This document shows, piece after piece, positions 63,211 through 64,000 of a stretch of 64,000 nucleotides of DNA. Each line of letters begins with the position of its first letter. The stretch's first letter is position 1. The translations under genes and the position numbers were made by a program. Source of the DNA: Corallochytrium limacisporum Hawaii (lineage: Eukaryota; Protista; Pluriformea); NCBI GenBank assembly GCA_002811645.1, contig PDIP01000067.1:54550-118549 (forward strand), written 5' to 3'. The notes under the pieces are model-generated. The model had not been told where the DNA came from, made no database searches, and saw only the letters and a list, made by a program, of their open reading frames with translations.

Positions 63211-64000
63211 GATCTGGTATGTGACTGTTCTAAAGACCCGCCGTTGCGATTACCTATGATCACTCTTTTCGCAATACAGAAAGACAGTGAATGGTTTTCC
63301 ATTATGAAATGATTTCCTGCTTCTCGTACCTTCTGCTCATCAAGGACGCACAACGAATATTTACACTGCACCGTTGTTGAACAGTGACTATCATTGGGCT
63401 GATTTGTGACAAGAGGAGAAGCAAGCTCATCTAGCGAAGAGTGCGGATATCTCGGTGGAGTGTTATGGCTTTTGGTAGTCGGTCTCCCCTCTGCGCTGCT
63501 TTCGAAACCGTGAAAGACCTCACAGACCTAAGCCAATTCGCAGGATCGCAACTCCCCTCTGTGACTATTGGCTGAAATTCGTGGCTAGAATTGTATCTCT
63601 GCTCTCCCTCTCCCCCAAAGCGTCACGTTCAGACCCGCCTTGCAGACACGGAAACCAAAACAATGGAAGCGCGCAACCCGGATCCGAACAGGTTCAGTTT
63701 CAAGGCGCCCAGCATTTCTCTCCGCCATTGTTTTGCTTTTTTGTCCCTCTTTTTGCCGGTACCACACAGAGCTCTTGCCGACTTACCAACATTGACTAGG
63801 AAAAACAACCCAAATCCAATAGGAACTCTTTTTTTACCTATGAAACAGCTAACTTTCCCAGCTTTATGGAAATAACTGAAATCCTCATTTCATTGAGTTA
63901 AAGCTAATGCGATATCGCTTTGTCGTATATGCACTATGGAGATTTATTGTGGGCCTTGTACTAACACCATGCGACTTCGGTGCCAACGGTCACCGGATTT

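Noticed and set aside
1-64000. tRNA, rRNA, snRNA genes, CRISPR arrays, intact transposons
   Set aside because: No cloverleaf, conserved RNA signature, regularly spaced repeat-spacer array or transposase ORF found by eye; a covariance-model scan would be needed to exclude small RNAs.

Overview
Compact eukaryotic genomic DNA with four N-gaps. It holds about 19 protein-coding genes, almost all single uninterrupted ORFs (even the 6.5-kb XMAP215 gene), plus a decayed toxin gene. Seven gene pairs converge tail-to-tail; the longer divergent spacers are full of poly-C/poly-G tracts, C-run/G-run hairpins and microsatellites. Gene content (single-chain ATP-citrate lyase, long multi-TOG XMAP215, MEAK7-like TLDc protein, TSP1-repeat membrane protein, TEDC2-like protein) suggests an intron-poor unicellular holozoan such as Corallochytrium; this is an inference, not a proven assignment. 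Housekeeping genes: HAO1, RRP9, a CBS-pair protein, SLC25A16-like carrier, TMEM245-like, CKAP5, ARL1, ACLY, AIFM3-like, APC5, MCM8, a bZIP factor, RRP8, ARP2. Most notable: (1) a Kdo transferase (WaaA/KdtA, lipid A pathway) with a mitochondrial-type presequence; (2) a type I membrane protein in which an Agd3-like glycan-binding scaffold lacking its deacetylase core is fused to TSP1 repeats; (3) a bacterial-type secreted Zn phospholipase C with a single -1 frameshift; (4) an aerolysin/ETX-MTX2-like pseudogene; (5) an in-frame TGA in the TMEM245-like gene (rare intron or readthrough); (6) a TEDC2-like centriole gene; (7) an AT-hook bZIP with Asp at the invariant Asn. All family assignments are from motif recognition by eye; no searches were run.
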